64,000 bases of DNA from a virus: the IMG/VR virus record IMGVR_UViG_3300030090_007212, positions 32,001 to 96,000 of that record; one strand, given 5' to 3'. Each line of letters begins with the position of its first letter. The first letter of the stretch is position 1. The notes under the pieces were generated by a model. It ran no database searches, had not been told where the DNA came from, and saw nothing but the letters and a program-made list of their open reading frames with translations. The translations under genes were made by a program, and so were the position numbers. This document shows positions 8,381-19,400 of this stretch, in pieces.

Positions 8381-9318
8381 CTTTCTTTTATTTTTCTGGC
8401 GGTAGACAATAGTTTCACAACCCCATTACTACCTAACTTTTGGTGGACATCGGCGATATCAAATCTTTCAGGCATATAAACAATTAAAACTCTATTATGT
8501 AACTTAGTACTATTTAATTTTCTATATAAATTTATGGCATCTTTTTGTGCATCATGATCCAATACTATTATAACTTTACACTCCGCCCTATCTACTAATT
8601 TTTTAAATAATATATCATTTAATACCTTACCTAACATAGGAATACTATTAGGTATTGCAATATGATCAAATACCCCTTCTACTAAATAAATGTTAGAATC
8701 CCAATTTATTTTACCTTCATTAAAAACTATCTCCATTTTGGATACTTCGGGATTTTTATATTTTAATTTACTGTATCTATCGTAACTTCTTCCCAAATAA
8801 TAATTTATTTCATTTTCTTCATCATACGAGGGAAAAATAATTCTACCCCCATAATCTCCTGTAGTCGCATAACCTAAATTGTATTTTTCTATTAAATCTT
8901 TCCCAATATTTCTCTTCTTCAAATAGTGTATCGCCTTTTGATAATCTTCATTGGTGCGCTCAATAGTTAAAGGCATAAACTCTTTTGGTAATCCTTCTAT
9001 TATAGGTAAATCTTTAGTTTCAGTTGGTTTCTTTTCATTAGGGATAACTAAACGATATTGTTTTAAATGGGTATGATTACCATATTTCCTAATTAATTTA
9101 TTGATAGTTCCGTGTGTGCCATACGTTTCCGAACAAGCCCAACATTTATAGACATGATGGTTATAATTTACTTCTAAATTACCTTTACCATCTCCACAAT
9201 CTAATCCTTTTATAGTTGAACAAACAGGACAATCAAAAGATATTTGACTTTTATTGGAATAATGTTTTCTAGAATCTCCTAAAAAATCTTCTAATATTTC
9301 TACTATTAATTCTGACAC
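8371..9318 (-). CDS. dnaG: DNA primase (zinc finger + TOPRIM), GTG start
   Basis: CPVC..CWAC zinc finger, YLKKRNI, RIIFP, KYKNP, LVEGVFD, LDHDA. Confidence 0.92.
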   Translation of the reverse strand: MSELIVEILEDFLGDSRKHYSNKSQISFDCPVCSTIKGLDCGDGKGNLEVNYNHHVYKCWACSETYGTHGTINKLIRKYGNHTHLKQYRLVIPNEKKPTETKDLPIIEGLPKEFMPLTIERTNEDYQKAIHYLKKRNIGKDLIEKYNLGYATTGDYGGRIIFPSYDEENEINYYLGRSYDRYSKLKYKNPEVSKMEIVFNEGKINWDSNIYLVEGVFDHIAIPNSIPMLGKVLNDILFKKLVDRAECKVIIVLDHDAQKDAINLYRKLNSTKLHNRVLIVYMPERFDIADVHQKLGSNGVVKLLSTARKIKESLL

Positions 9319-9322
9319 ATAG

Positions 9323-9353
9323 CAAATATAAGAAATTTTTTTTTAAAATCCAA
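9323..9353 (-). promoter_or_regulatory. Promoter TTG-N20-TATATTTG
   Basis: Plus caaatata 9323-9330 and caa 9351-9353, upstream of primase. Confidence 0.7.
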
Positions 9354-9986
9354 TTATAACCAATCACCACATTTTCGCATTCCCCCTACAACACACGCAT
9401 ACGCATCTGTCATATCAAAATTTTCTTTTTTGAGTTTTTGGTGTTTATCGTAAATCCAAACGATTTGTGGTTCTAATTCACTTACTTTTTGGTGAACAAC
9501 TGCTTTTTTATCTATATCATAGGGAAGTCCACCAAATAATACAGGATTCTTTTTTGCTATTTCTTTTTCTGAGTATCTTTCCCCACTTTTTTTAAACATC
9601 CTTATCGCCATTAAATCGGGAAACGCAAATTTTCTCGCATCATAAGAAGAAATAAATTCAGGTACTACATTTAAAACTTCATATACTGATCTACATATCA
9701 TTCCATTAAATCTTAATAAAGTAGCTACAGTATTCACATTATTGGAACGTAATAAAGGTTCTTCAATAAAAACTCTATCAATTTCTATATCACTATATTT
9801 TTCTAGAAATTCATTTTCAAAAGCGTGAGCTTTTTTCATTAATAATTCAATATTATCTTTAGGTTTAGGTTTAACTACAGGTGTAATATGGGTTAATAAC
9901 TGTAATTTACCTCGATCTTCTTCGTCTTCAAAAATTGCTATCCCAATAGTTTTAGTGGACACATCTAGTCCTAAAATTCTACTCAT
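9354..9986 (-). CDS. ruvC: RuvC-like Holliday junction resolvase
   Basis: ILGLDVSTKTIGIA, FIEEP, DMTDAYA (RNase H-fold acidic residues). Confidence 0.85.
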   Translation of the reverse strand: MSRILGLDVSTKTIGIAIFEDEEDRGKLQLLTHITPVVKPKPKDNIELLMKKAHAFENEFLEKYSDIEIDRVFIEEPLLRSNNVNTVATLLRFNGMICRSVYEVLNVVPEFISSYDARKFAFPDLMAIRMFKKSGERYSEKEIAKKNPVLFGGLPYDIDKKAVVHQKVSELEPQIVWIYDKHQKLKKENFDMTDAYACVVGGMRKCGDWL

Positions 9987-10027
9987 TTATAAAACATTTT
10001 CTTTTTAAAACCTCTTTTAGGTTTTAT

Positions 10028-11308
10028 TTATACCACTATTTGGACATCCATGACAATAAAATCATTTTTCTTTTTAATGACTTGTCTATCAAATTTACCA
10101 ATTGCTAAAATATCTCCTGCGATATCAGTTATTGCAATTTCACTTATTCGAATATCATCACTCATCCCAATAGTTTCATTTTGCGACCTATAAAATTCAT
10201 TTCTACCAGCAATACAGAGTAAGCTTTGTAAAACTGTATTTTCTGTCGCATCTAAAGTTACATTATAAGTCCCTCCGGTGTAAAAATAAAGACCTAAACC
10301 ATTTGTTTCGGTATTTGTTTCTGTATCTCCCGTAAAATTAACCGCCACATTATCTACAATCGTAGGGTCAGTGAATGCTAAAATACCTTTTTCTAAATAA
10401 GCAATTCCTACTACTTTGTCTGCCACAATTCCAGTAGAAGCTACAGAATTTACATTAATTAATTGTTTATCATTAACACTAAAAGGTTTAAATGTATCAT
10501 ACCCTGTTGCCCAACTTCTAGTTGCATCATTATTTGGTCTTTGAATGTTATCAGTTACTAAATACGAAACATCAAATTGTGAACCAAATAGTGAAGTAGG
10601 TAAATTACTATTATCTCTAAATTGATTATCTAAATTAGATAGAGTAATATTTGTTCTTGGGAAAGTACTGTAAATATCATACGTAGTGATTGCAGTGATT
10701 GCACCACCACTAGTAAACCCAGTCCCCACTGGTAAGTTAACTCTTATACTTTTACCATCTATTAAATCCCCATATTCATTATTATCAATAACTGCTAATA
10801 ATACATTATTGGATGCGAAACCACTGAAAGCAGTATCAGACCATCCACCGTTGTTTGATGTGGTTCCTGTAAAGGTATTCATCCTAGTACTTATAATAGG
10901 AAGACTTAAACTTCTAAATAAATTAGTAAATGCATTAGTATTATCTCCTTTATTTATAGAAATAAATGTTAAATTACTTCCACTCACCACATTTTCACCT
11001 AATGTATCCATTGTGGATCTCACTTGAGATGAATTGGGTTCTACTGACTTAGTAGTTTGAGTTGTATTATTTACAAATACTTTACTACTAATAACTGCAT
11101 CATCCGCATTATTTTCTCCCCCTAGATTTCCTCCTGTTGTCGGAATAGTACCAGTAGGTAAACTTGCACTTGTCCTATAATTAGCATCAGAATCTCCTAC
11201 TACAAAATGTGAAAAAATTGTATTAGTTTCTTTTAACATTCTTTCCCTACCATTTCTAGTAAGTTTTGCTGTTATAGTTATTGTCGTTGCGGTATTTAAA
11301 AATCCCAT
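10028..11308 (-). CDS. Virion structural protein with split tail-collar/fibre-attachment-like domain
   Basis: N-terminal AKLTRNGRE..FVVGDSDANY and C-terminal ISEIAI.D..GDILAIGKF motifs typical of baseplate fibre-attachment domains. Confidence 0.65.
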   Translation of the reverse strand: MGFLNTATTITITAKLTRNGRERMLKETNTIFSHFVVGDSDANYRTSASLPTGTIPTTGGNLGGENNADDAVISSKVFVNNTTQTTKSVEPNSSQVRSTMDTLGENVVSGSNLTFISINKGDNTNAFTNLFRSLSLPIISTRMNTFTGTTSNNGGWSDTAFSGFASNNVLLAVIDNNEYGDLIDGKSIRVNLPVGTGFTSGGAITAITTYDIYSTFPRTNITLSNLDNQFRDNSNLPTSLFGSQFDVSYLVTDNIQRPNNDATRSWATGYDTFKPFSVNDKQLINVNSVASTGIVADKVVGIAYLEKGILAFTDPTIVDNVAVNFTGDTETNTETNGLGLYFYTGGTYNVTLDATENTVLQSLLCIAGRNEFYRSQNETIGMSDDIRISEIAITDIAGDILAIGKFDRQVIKKKNDFIVMDVQIVV

Positions 11309-11320
11309 TGTTTATATTTT

Positions 11321-13522
11321 TTAAAAATCTATAGTTAATTCTAATGAAGCAGTACTAGCGTCACCTATTTTTATTGGTCTAGATAATTTTCCTACCAAAA
11401 CTAAATTTTGTAAATCATCTAAAATACCTACTTCGGTTATAAATCTATCACAAGTATTATCAAATGAAGGGTTACTACTCGAACAAATAGTAGCACCATC
11501 TACATTAATATTAAATAATGTCTTATAAATTGTTGCACCTATATGTGTTCTTAAATTACCATAAAATAATCTTTCGTCTCCAAATGTCATTTTACCATAA
11601 AACTCTCCACTTGACATATCTAATGTTGTCCCTAAATTAAAAGTTGACGCACTAGCCGCATCGTAAATATCACCAGTTAATAAAAATCCTGTGTTTGAAG
11701 AACTTTGGTTTTCTAATAGTTCAGGGTCAATTGCACCTGCCCCACCATTTATACTAGCTGAGGTATAATCAATTAACCTCCATTGTGAAGAAACTGGTCG
11801 TGAATGAATGGTTGGATCAACAACTTGACATAATATATTGAATTTATCTGCAAAGAATCCAAATCCATCATAACCAGGCGCATCTGGTTTTCTCATATAA
11901 GGTAACTCCCCTACATTAGATAATCTAAATTGTACATCTTTATCACTATTAGTGTTATTATCAATAACAGTATATCTTTGACAAGGTAAAGTAGGAGTAG
12001 TGGTAGTCCCAGTATTTTCTAACCAATACGTTAAATACATTCTTTCTCCTGCACTCACTGATCCAGTACACAATCCATTAGTACAACTTACTAATTCTGC
12101 TGCCAAATCAGGTAAACTATAATTTCTATTAGATTTATATGACATCGCTGCCAATAATTCTTCATTTTCTATTACCACAATTTTTAAATCTGGAAATACT
12201 TTACCCACTACTAGAGGTAAGGTTGGTGTTACCGTCATACCACTAGCCTCTATTAAATCATAGTATTGAATAGTGTTATTATATGATAAAGTTTTTTGTA
12301 TGGTATCCGAAACAAATGTCATTCCCAATGTAGTACCACTACCAGTACCTTCGTTTCGTCTATGCCACATAACCGGTATATCTAAAGATAATAACTTATC
12401 ACTATCCCCATCTATTAGGAACATTTCACCATATGAATTAGAAATACAATTATTAGTATAGTGTATAATAGAAATACCTTTACTAAATGGATCAATATAA
12501 CTAGAAGATAAATTGTTACTACTTTGTGTTACAGTTAATACTTCATTCATCCCTAAAAATTGTTTCGAACCTGCGTATTGTTCAGAACCAAATAAAGTAT
12601 TTTCATGATAATTAGTAGGAGCTTCTTTCCATAACCCTGCTAAATTTTCAGTCCATACGTTATTCATATTCCATACTGGAATATTTTCTACACAAATATC
12701 ACAACTACTATCAAAAGATAATGTACCCGTATTCCAATATGCAGTAGTAGATGGTAATCCATAATATGTGTCTAATGGGTCATCACCACCAGGTAAAGTA
12801 TAATAAGTTATAATAGTTCCTGCATCACCACTTAAGGTAGGTAATTCCCTATCTACATTAATAGTGTCACCACTAATAGATACTATATTATAAACAGCAT
12901 TTATTGTTGCTGCAGTCATAGTATCACCCACAATATCTCCTAATGTACTATTGGATAATCTAAAAATTATATAATCATTAGCACTCGTAGCAGTTAAAGT
13001 AATTCCTGATAACACTCCTTGAATATAAGTAGAAGTGTCAATTGCCCCATTAAATGCACTTAAATCTATAGTACCAGTTTCTTTAATGAAGTCTGTACCA
13101 GTCATTGCAACTAATCCAGTTTCTACTGTAGATCCTGAAAAGAATCCTCTATCATCTGCCTCATTAGAAACTATACCTTTAATTAATTGAATATTACTTT
13201 GTTGATTTAAAGGGAATACAAAATTATTTCCCTGATCTAATAAAAAAGAAGAAGGAAATGGTTGATCATCCTTCGGTCTTAATACTTTTGAATAGATGTT
13301 TTTTATTATGTTTCCATCTGCTTCAGGAAAATAAAATTCTCCTGTCGCTGCACCTTCACTAGGGGCAAATTGTGCCCATCCTTTTACATAATCATAATCT
13401 ACTTCAGAATCCCCTAGAACATAGTTAGAAAACGTCAATTGACCTTTCGCCAATTGCTCTCTTCCTATATCCGTTAATTTAACTCTTATTAACGCCGTGC
13501 TTTGTTGATTTATATAACTCAT
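11321..13522 (-). CDS. Virion structural protein, paralogous termini to 10028..11308
   Basis: VKLTDIGRE..YVLGDSEVDY and FITEVGILDD..NLVLVGKLSRPI. Confidence 0.65.
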   Translation of the reverse strand: MSYINQQSTALIRVKLTDIGREQLAKGQLTFSNYVLGDSEVDYDYVKGWAQFAPSEGAATGEFYFPEADGNIIKNIYSKVLRPKDDQPFPSSFLLDQGNNFVFPLNQQSNIQLIKGIVSNEADDRGFFSGSTVETGLVAMTGTDFIKETGTIDLSAFNGAIDTSTYIQGVLSGITLTATSANDYIIFRLSNSTLGDIVGDTMTAATINAVYNIVSISGDTINVDRELPTLSGDAGTIITYYTLPGGDDPLDTYYGLPSTTAYWNTGTLSFDSSCDICVENIPVWNMNNVWTENLAGLWKEAPTNYHENTLFGSEQYAGSKQFLGMNEVLTVTQSSNNLSSSYIDPFSKGISIIHYTNNCISNSYGEMFLIDGDSDKLLSLDIPVMWHRRNEGTGSGTTLGMTFVSDTIQKTLSYNNTIQYYDLIEASGMTVTPTLPLVVGKVFPDLKIVVIENEELLAAMSYKSNRNYSLPDLAAELVSCTNGLCTGSVSAGERMYLTYWLENTGTTTTPTLPCQRYTVIDNNTNSDKDVQFRLSNVGELPYMRKPDAPGYDGFGFFADKFNILCQVVDPTIHSRPVSSQWRLIDYTSASINGGAGAIDPELLENQSSSNTGFLLTGDIYDAASASTFNLGTTLDMSSGEFYGKMTFGDERLFYGNLRTHIGATIYKTLFNINVDGATICSSSNPSFDNTCDRFITEVGILDDLQNLVLVGKLSRPIKIGDASTASLELTIDF

Positions 13523-13541
13523 TACCGATATATTATTTTAA

Positions 13542-13550
13542 TATAAATAT
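13542..13550 (-). promoter_or_regulatory. Putative late promoter ATATTTATA
   Basis: Recurrent motif in short intergenic gaps upstream of structural genes. Confidence 0.6.
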
Positions 13551-13567
13551 GCTCAATGTAAATATTA

Positions 13568-16480
13568 TTAGTAACTTTCCCCAATATTTGTCGCTATTTC
13601 TACTTTTACAACATCACTATAAGCATAACTATAAATTATTTCTCCCATTATTGGTTTATAAAATTTTTCATTTTTTATTCTATAAAGAAAAATGTCTCCT
13701 GCTTGAGCATTTTCTAAATATGTTTCTAGACTATAACTTTTATTCCCTATCACATAAGGTGTAGTAAAACTATAGACTATATTTTCAAAATCAGGATCAT
13801 CTTCTGTAGTAAATTCTACAACGAATCTTCCTTCATCATTTATTGGTTCAGATAATATCCTCCACGCAATAGTTGGTCTATTAGTGTAGATATATCCGAT
13901 TACTGAAGCACTAGGTGTATAAAATGCTTCTAAAATATCCCCTATTTGTAAATCCCCCTCTATAATTAAACGAGATGCGTCACTAGTAGACCTATAATAC
14001 TCAATATTTTCCGCTAATACATTACCATTAAGTGATAATAACACGTCACTGGCAGGTGCATTCTCTAACCAATATTCATACTTACTATGTGTAGTATTAT
14101 AAAAAACTCTATTAGTAAAAGGATCATTATTTGTACCACCACTAATAATTGGGTCAGTTATGGTATAAATATCCCCATAAAGGTCACCCTCTTGTCCATC
14201 TCTAACATATGCATATGTTAACATTTGATCTGCTAAAATTGGCTCAATTAATAATTTTATTCCCCTCGTTAACCCACTAGTGGTTGCACTATATTCAATA
14301 TTTTTAGCTAATACATTACCATTATAACTTACAATAGGGTCAGACAATCCTTGAATAGGGTAATCTGTTTGCCCTTCATTAGTATAAACTGAATTAACAA
14401 TTAAATTGTTAATACTTACTGGAACCGGAACCGTCGTATTTTCAAAAAATGGTACATCTGCTTCATATAAGTTGATAAAGTACCAATCCGTTTCTGGTGA
14501 ATATAAACCATATTCTGTCCCTCTTTTATAGGTATCTATACTATATTTTCTCACCCCTAATTGTTTGGAAATTAATGTATTTATATTGTAACCCCAATAA
14601 CCTTTAATAATAAACTCACCTTCACCTATATAAACTAAAGGAATAGTTGCTAAATTAGTAGTATCCGCACTTAATACATTATAATCAAATGCGAAATTAA
14701 ATATGGATGAATTGGTGAATTCTTTTTGGGTTTGATCATACTTATAAACTTCCGCACTAAAACCTAATTTTTTCGCATCTATAATATCATTAACATTATT
14801 AACTACTACATCAAAATTAAATGCCACTCTACCTCGCGGGTTAATATAAACATATCTATCACAAGACAATGCTTTAGTAGTAATAACATTAGGTAACCCC
14901 CACATAGAAGTTACACCTGTAATAGTAGAAGAGGTTAAAGAAAAATCATCTATATGTAAATTACACTGAACCCCTAACCCATTAGGTCGATGTATTACAT
15001 GTAAAGAAGTATTATTTAATTCTGCAATATATATTTTTTCATCCGGACCCATTTGTAATGCACCTAAACTCGCACCTGTAATAGAAGGTAATTCTATCAT
15101 ATTATCCCTTATTTCTTCCACCGTACTATAAGAAAGATCAAACTGATATAATTTTTCACCAGCACCATCAGAAATATAAAATTTAGAAGAATCAGATGAA
15201 AACTCCAACCCATAAGGTCCGACATCATAGGTAATACCAGTAAGTGTCATCACATTACTTACTCTTCCAGTCTCGTCATTAAAATCCCCAATATCTATTA
15301 TATCTTCATCATATAAAGCACTAATAATTTTTTCTCCGTTAGGAGAAGTTTTCATATACCCCCTAGCTGTATTATGTGTGGAACCCGTATCTGAAATAAT
15401 CGGTCCACTTAATCCCACAGAGTTTAATTTATAACTATAATATCTACTATCTCCACTCGTATGTGTTACAACCCAATACGCATCTTCGCTACCATGATTA
15501 CAACCAGTTACTTTTTCACTAACCGCACTATTAATTAACTTAATGTTTTTAGTTTCTACTTCTCCATTACCATCATCTAACTCCATATTAACTATAGAAT
15601 ATTCAAACCCATTAGGGGAACCGTTGAAATCGGTAGTAAATACATAATATTTGTTACTATCAGGTTGAGGTACGATTAATGCTGATTGTGTGGACGTTCC
15701 AGAACTACTTAAACCTGTTCCGTTAATCATTACTGTATGTCCGCTGGTATAAATTGTTTCACCATTAGTGTAAAATAATAACTCTCCTTCACTATTACTA
15801 ATAGTTGCACACCCTTCTTGTGTTTGCATTGCCCCACTAAAAATAGTTGGTGTAGCGCCTGTTTTTATAGGATTAAAGTTAATTCCCGCATTATTACCAA
15901 ACATCCAATTATAGTTCAATCTATCGTAAGTGTATCCTGTATAAGTAACCGGACCACATAAAGTGTCTGCAGTAGTAGCTGGTATCTTACGTGTACCCCT
16001 AACGGAAAATTGAGGGAAATCAAATCCATCTATATCTGACCTTTCAATGTAAGGATATAATTCCTGATTACTTACAGGTACATTACCAAAATTCCTTTTT
16101 TCACTTCTTTCTCCAGGTGCTTCAGACATTTTACCATTAGTAATATATTTCATCTTTGTGAAAGGTAAGATAGGAATAGGTAATGAAGGTTCACTTCTTT
16201 CTCCTTCCATAAAAATAGTGACGGTAGGAGTGGTTTGTACTGTTTTAAAAATACTATTTCCCCATGTTACTGGTGCAGTCATTTGATAAATTGTAGGAAC
16301 ATTCGAAAGATTAGTAGGTAAAAATTTATTACCCCCCACATCCATATAAGTAGTTAATGAAGATGCCTCATAACTAGCCAATATACTACTACTATCGGGG
16401 TTATTAATTAACCCAACTATAGGAGTAGAGTATACTGCCTCTACACTTACATTTTCTATTTTCCCACTACTTTTCTTCAT
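13568..16480 (-). CDS. Virion structural/adhesion protein with internal beta-propeller
   Basis: NWMFGNNAGINF..EGCATIS..LLFYTNG..STQSALIVP..YGLEFSSD..LQMGPDEKIY..GLPN propeller blades; C-terminal repeated S(Y/L)NGNVLA.NIEY motifs. Confidence 0.65.
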   Translation of the reverse strand: MKKSSGKIENVSVEAVYSTPIVGLINNPDSSSILASYEASSLTTYMDVGGNKFLPTNLSNVPTIYQMTAPVTWGNSIFKTVQTTPTVTIFMEGERSEPSLPIPILPFTKMKYITNGKMSEAPGERSEKRNFGNVPVSNQELYPYIERSDIDGFDFPQFSVRGTRKIPATTADTLCGPVTYTGYTYDRLNYNWMFGNNAGINFNPIKTGATPTIFSGAMQTQEGCATISNSEGELLFYTNGETIYTSGHTVMINGTGLSSSGTSTQSALIVPQPDSNKYYVFTTDFNGSPNGFEYSIVNMELDDGNGEVETKNIKLINSAVSEKVTGCNHGSEDAYWVVTHTSGDSRYYSYKLNSVGLSGPIISDTGSTHNTARGYMKTSPNGEKIISALYDEDIIDIGDFNDETGRVSNVMTLTGITYDVGPYGLEFSSDSSKFYISDGAGEKLYQFDLSYSTVEEIRDNMIELPSITGASLGALQMGPDEKIYIAELNNTSLHVIHRPNGLGVQCNLHIDDFSLTSSTITGVTSMWGLPNVITTKALSCDRYVYINPRGRVAFNFDVVVNNVNDIIDAKKLGFSAEVYKYDQTQKEFTNSSIFNFAFDYNVLSADTTNLATIPLVYIGEGEFIIKGYWGYNINTLISKQLGVRKYSIDTYKRGTEYGLYSPETDWYFINLYEADVPFFENTTVPVPVSINNLIVNSVYTNEGQTDYPIQGLSDPIVSYNGNVLAKNIEYSATTSGLTRGIKLLIEPILADQMLTYAYVRDGQEGDLYGDIYTITDPIISGGTNNDPFTNRVFYNTTHSKYEYWLENAPASDVLLSLNGNVLAENIEYYRSTSDASRLIIEGDLQIGDILEAFYTPSASVIGYIYTNRPTIAWRILSEPINDEGRFVVEFTTEDDPDFENIVYSFTTPYVIGNKSYSLETYLENAQAGDIFLYRIKNEKFYKPIMGEIIYSYAYSDVVKVEIATNIGESY

Positions 16481-16484
16481 TATC

Positions 16485-16494
16485 TATAAATATT
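16485..16494 (-). promoter_or_regulatory. Putative late promoter AATATTTATA
   Basis: 4 nt upstream of the ATG at 16480. Confidence 0.55.
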
Positions 16495-19400
16495 TTAAAC
16501 ATTACAATCATGTATTAATTCACTATTATAAAAATACCCTCCTGGTTCCCATTCTGGATCCCCAATAACTGTAACACTTCCCTCAAACTCATTACTATTA
16601 TTAATATGAGTTATGAAAACAGTATCATAATTACTATATTGAGTACGTGATTTTCTTTTACATTTCTCGTAACTATCTTTTAATCCAGCAATATAATTTC
16701 TTTGTCTTTCATATTCTAATGTACCTCTAACATATTGATCATCTAAATCTTTTTCTGCTTTAGTTAAGGTATCCCCTATTTGTGTACACTTAGTAAAAAG
16801 TCCATCAAAAGTTTCTTCTTGTTCTTTAGATGCTGCTTGAAGTTCATTTAATTCACTATTTAGTTTATTATATTCTTCTTTCATCGCTTCTAAAGATTCA
16901 ATTTGTTGTTTTAGTTGTTCACTAACAGATTCTATACACTCTTCTCTAGCACCAAAATCTTGTGGGTCATTAGGATCAGGATCTAAATGCTCACAAGCAC
17001 ATAATCTATCTTTTAAAACATCAATTAATTTTTCTACTTGATATATCTCATTCTGTAATTTAGTTAATTCTTTAATAATATCTTTAATTGTCGCATTTTC
17101 AGGATATAAAGATTGTTGTATGACTTGGACATCTACTGTTTCTGAACCGATATCACTACTTGTTATTCCTGATAATGGACATTCTACACTATCATTGAAA
17201 TTTAATGTGTATTTACGATAAGCGTATTTGTTTTGATCGAATATAGTATTTCTATAAATCTTACCTGAATTATCACACCCTTCCCATATAGTAGTTGCCG
17301 GAACTACCTGTTCTAATAAATCTAACCAATAATCCCCTATTTTATCCATAAATTGGAATAGGCTATTATACGTTAAATTTCCACCTAAACCTACTCCACA
17401 ATTACTTGCATTTAAATATAATTGATAGAATAATTGTAATAGTGGGTAATTGGATATAACTTGACGACTTTTAGCATCTATGAGATTACTTAACACCATA
17501 TCATCAAATACCTCTTTTACTTTTATTTCTGAAGGGGCTACCTCTAAATAATCTAGAGGGTTTATACATACATTAGTAGTTCCTGTTACGACACATATAT
17601 CCTCACATATGGTAGTGGTTCCGGTTACTGTAACCGTACTACTAGTGGTGGTTGCAGTAATATCATAACTTAATCCTGATGTAGTAATTTTTACACATGT
17701 AGGGCTTCCATAACAAGTACCATTAGTAAAGGTATATCCTGCAGGACAACTATACCCTATTGGGCTACCACCACTAGTACCGAATTCAAATAAATAAGTT
17801 GCCCCTACCACATCACTTCTATAATCTTTAGTAGAGAATAAAGTAACTGCATCTAATTCTACTGTTGTAGTCATTCCGGTTAATTGATTAGTAGTGGCGG
17901 AGTATATTTCCGCACCAAATCCTGCTTCATCTCCATCATTTCTACCTTCCATTGCGATAACATGTTCACCAGACGGTAAGTCTATTTCAAATACTTTCCA
18001 TACACTTAAATCAGAATTATCGTTACCACTTAACCCTGTAGAGGTAAATAATAAATCCCCATTTAGGTAAAATCTACTTCTATTATCTGCACCTATACCA
18101 ATAGTATATGTCCCTGGATCATTTATTTGTATACAATAACTAAATCCTATCCAACTACCAATAGGTGGGTTAGGATTAGGTGCGCCTAATGTTCCCCATA
18201 TACTACAATTATTTAATCTTCCATTAAGTGTTGATGATTGAGATACCCATAAAGTATTAAGTGGAGAGTTAACAGAGTTAACATTCGCCTCTACAGGCAC
18301 TGGTACCCCACTATTATTTAATAATTGAGTACTACTACCTTGTAAATTATAGGGTAAATCTGCAGTGTTTAAATCTAATGAGTACCATCTTGTACCATTA
18401 ACTGAATAACCAACTTGTTTACTACCCGTATATGCAGTTACATTAGTTACATTTAAAGTTGCACCTGTAGTCTCAATTAATTCACACCCATCTTCTGCAG
18501 GGGTGAGAGATAATGGTGCCACACAATATCCTGCAGTGTATCCTGTACTCGTTCCTGTTACTACTACATTAAACTGAGTAGTGGCAGTATAACATTCACC
18601 CCCAGGAATTGTTTGTTGTAAATTCTTAACTCCACTATATTCACAATCACCTTCACAATTATTTATTTCCATCCAAGTACACGCACTTACAGAGTTATTC
18701 CAAACATATTCTTTATTAACCCCTAAACCATTAATACCATTTGCAGTAATTAGATTATTAAGTGTTTGACAACACTCACTATCAAAAGAAGTAGTTTGGT
18801 TAAAGGTTTGTGCGGTTATACCACTAAAAATTTCTTCATTTACCCCACCAGTATAAGGTGTAGTTGTGTCATATAAATAAGTTTCCCAAAAAGAAATTGT
18901 TCCATCTTCATTTTCAGTAATAACCCCAAATAAGTTATCTAATTGGTTATTATCCCCAATGATTAGGTTACTTGACCCACAATTATTTTCTTCAATTTCA
19001 AATCCTGAAAGTGATCCACCTTTATTAAGTAAATCACTATAAGATGCATTAATAGATTCACTATAATTTGCAGTTAAAGAATAATAATCATTTTTGAGTT
19101 CAGTAACTTGTTGTTGTAGAATAGTAGTATAAGTGTCACAACTAAAAGTTAATCCTGCCGGTGTAGTGCCTGACAATGGTAACGAATAATCCACCAATGT
19201 ACCACCACTTAATAATTCACCTTCAAAGACTATCGTATCACCACTATCACAACTAGTTGGGCATTCATCACAATTAATATTTTTCCAAAAATTATAGACA
19301 TCACATTCTATAGCATTTGCTGGATCGATACTAAATGTTGCAGATTTAGTATTCATTAATAAATCTGAATGATGTAAATCATACTCAGTATATCTATATT

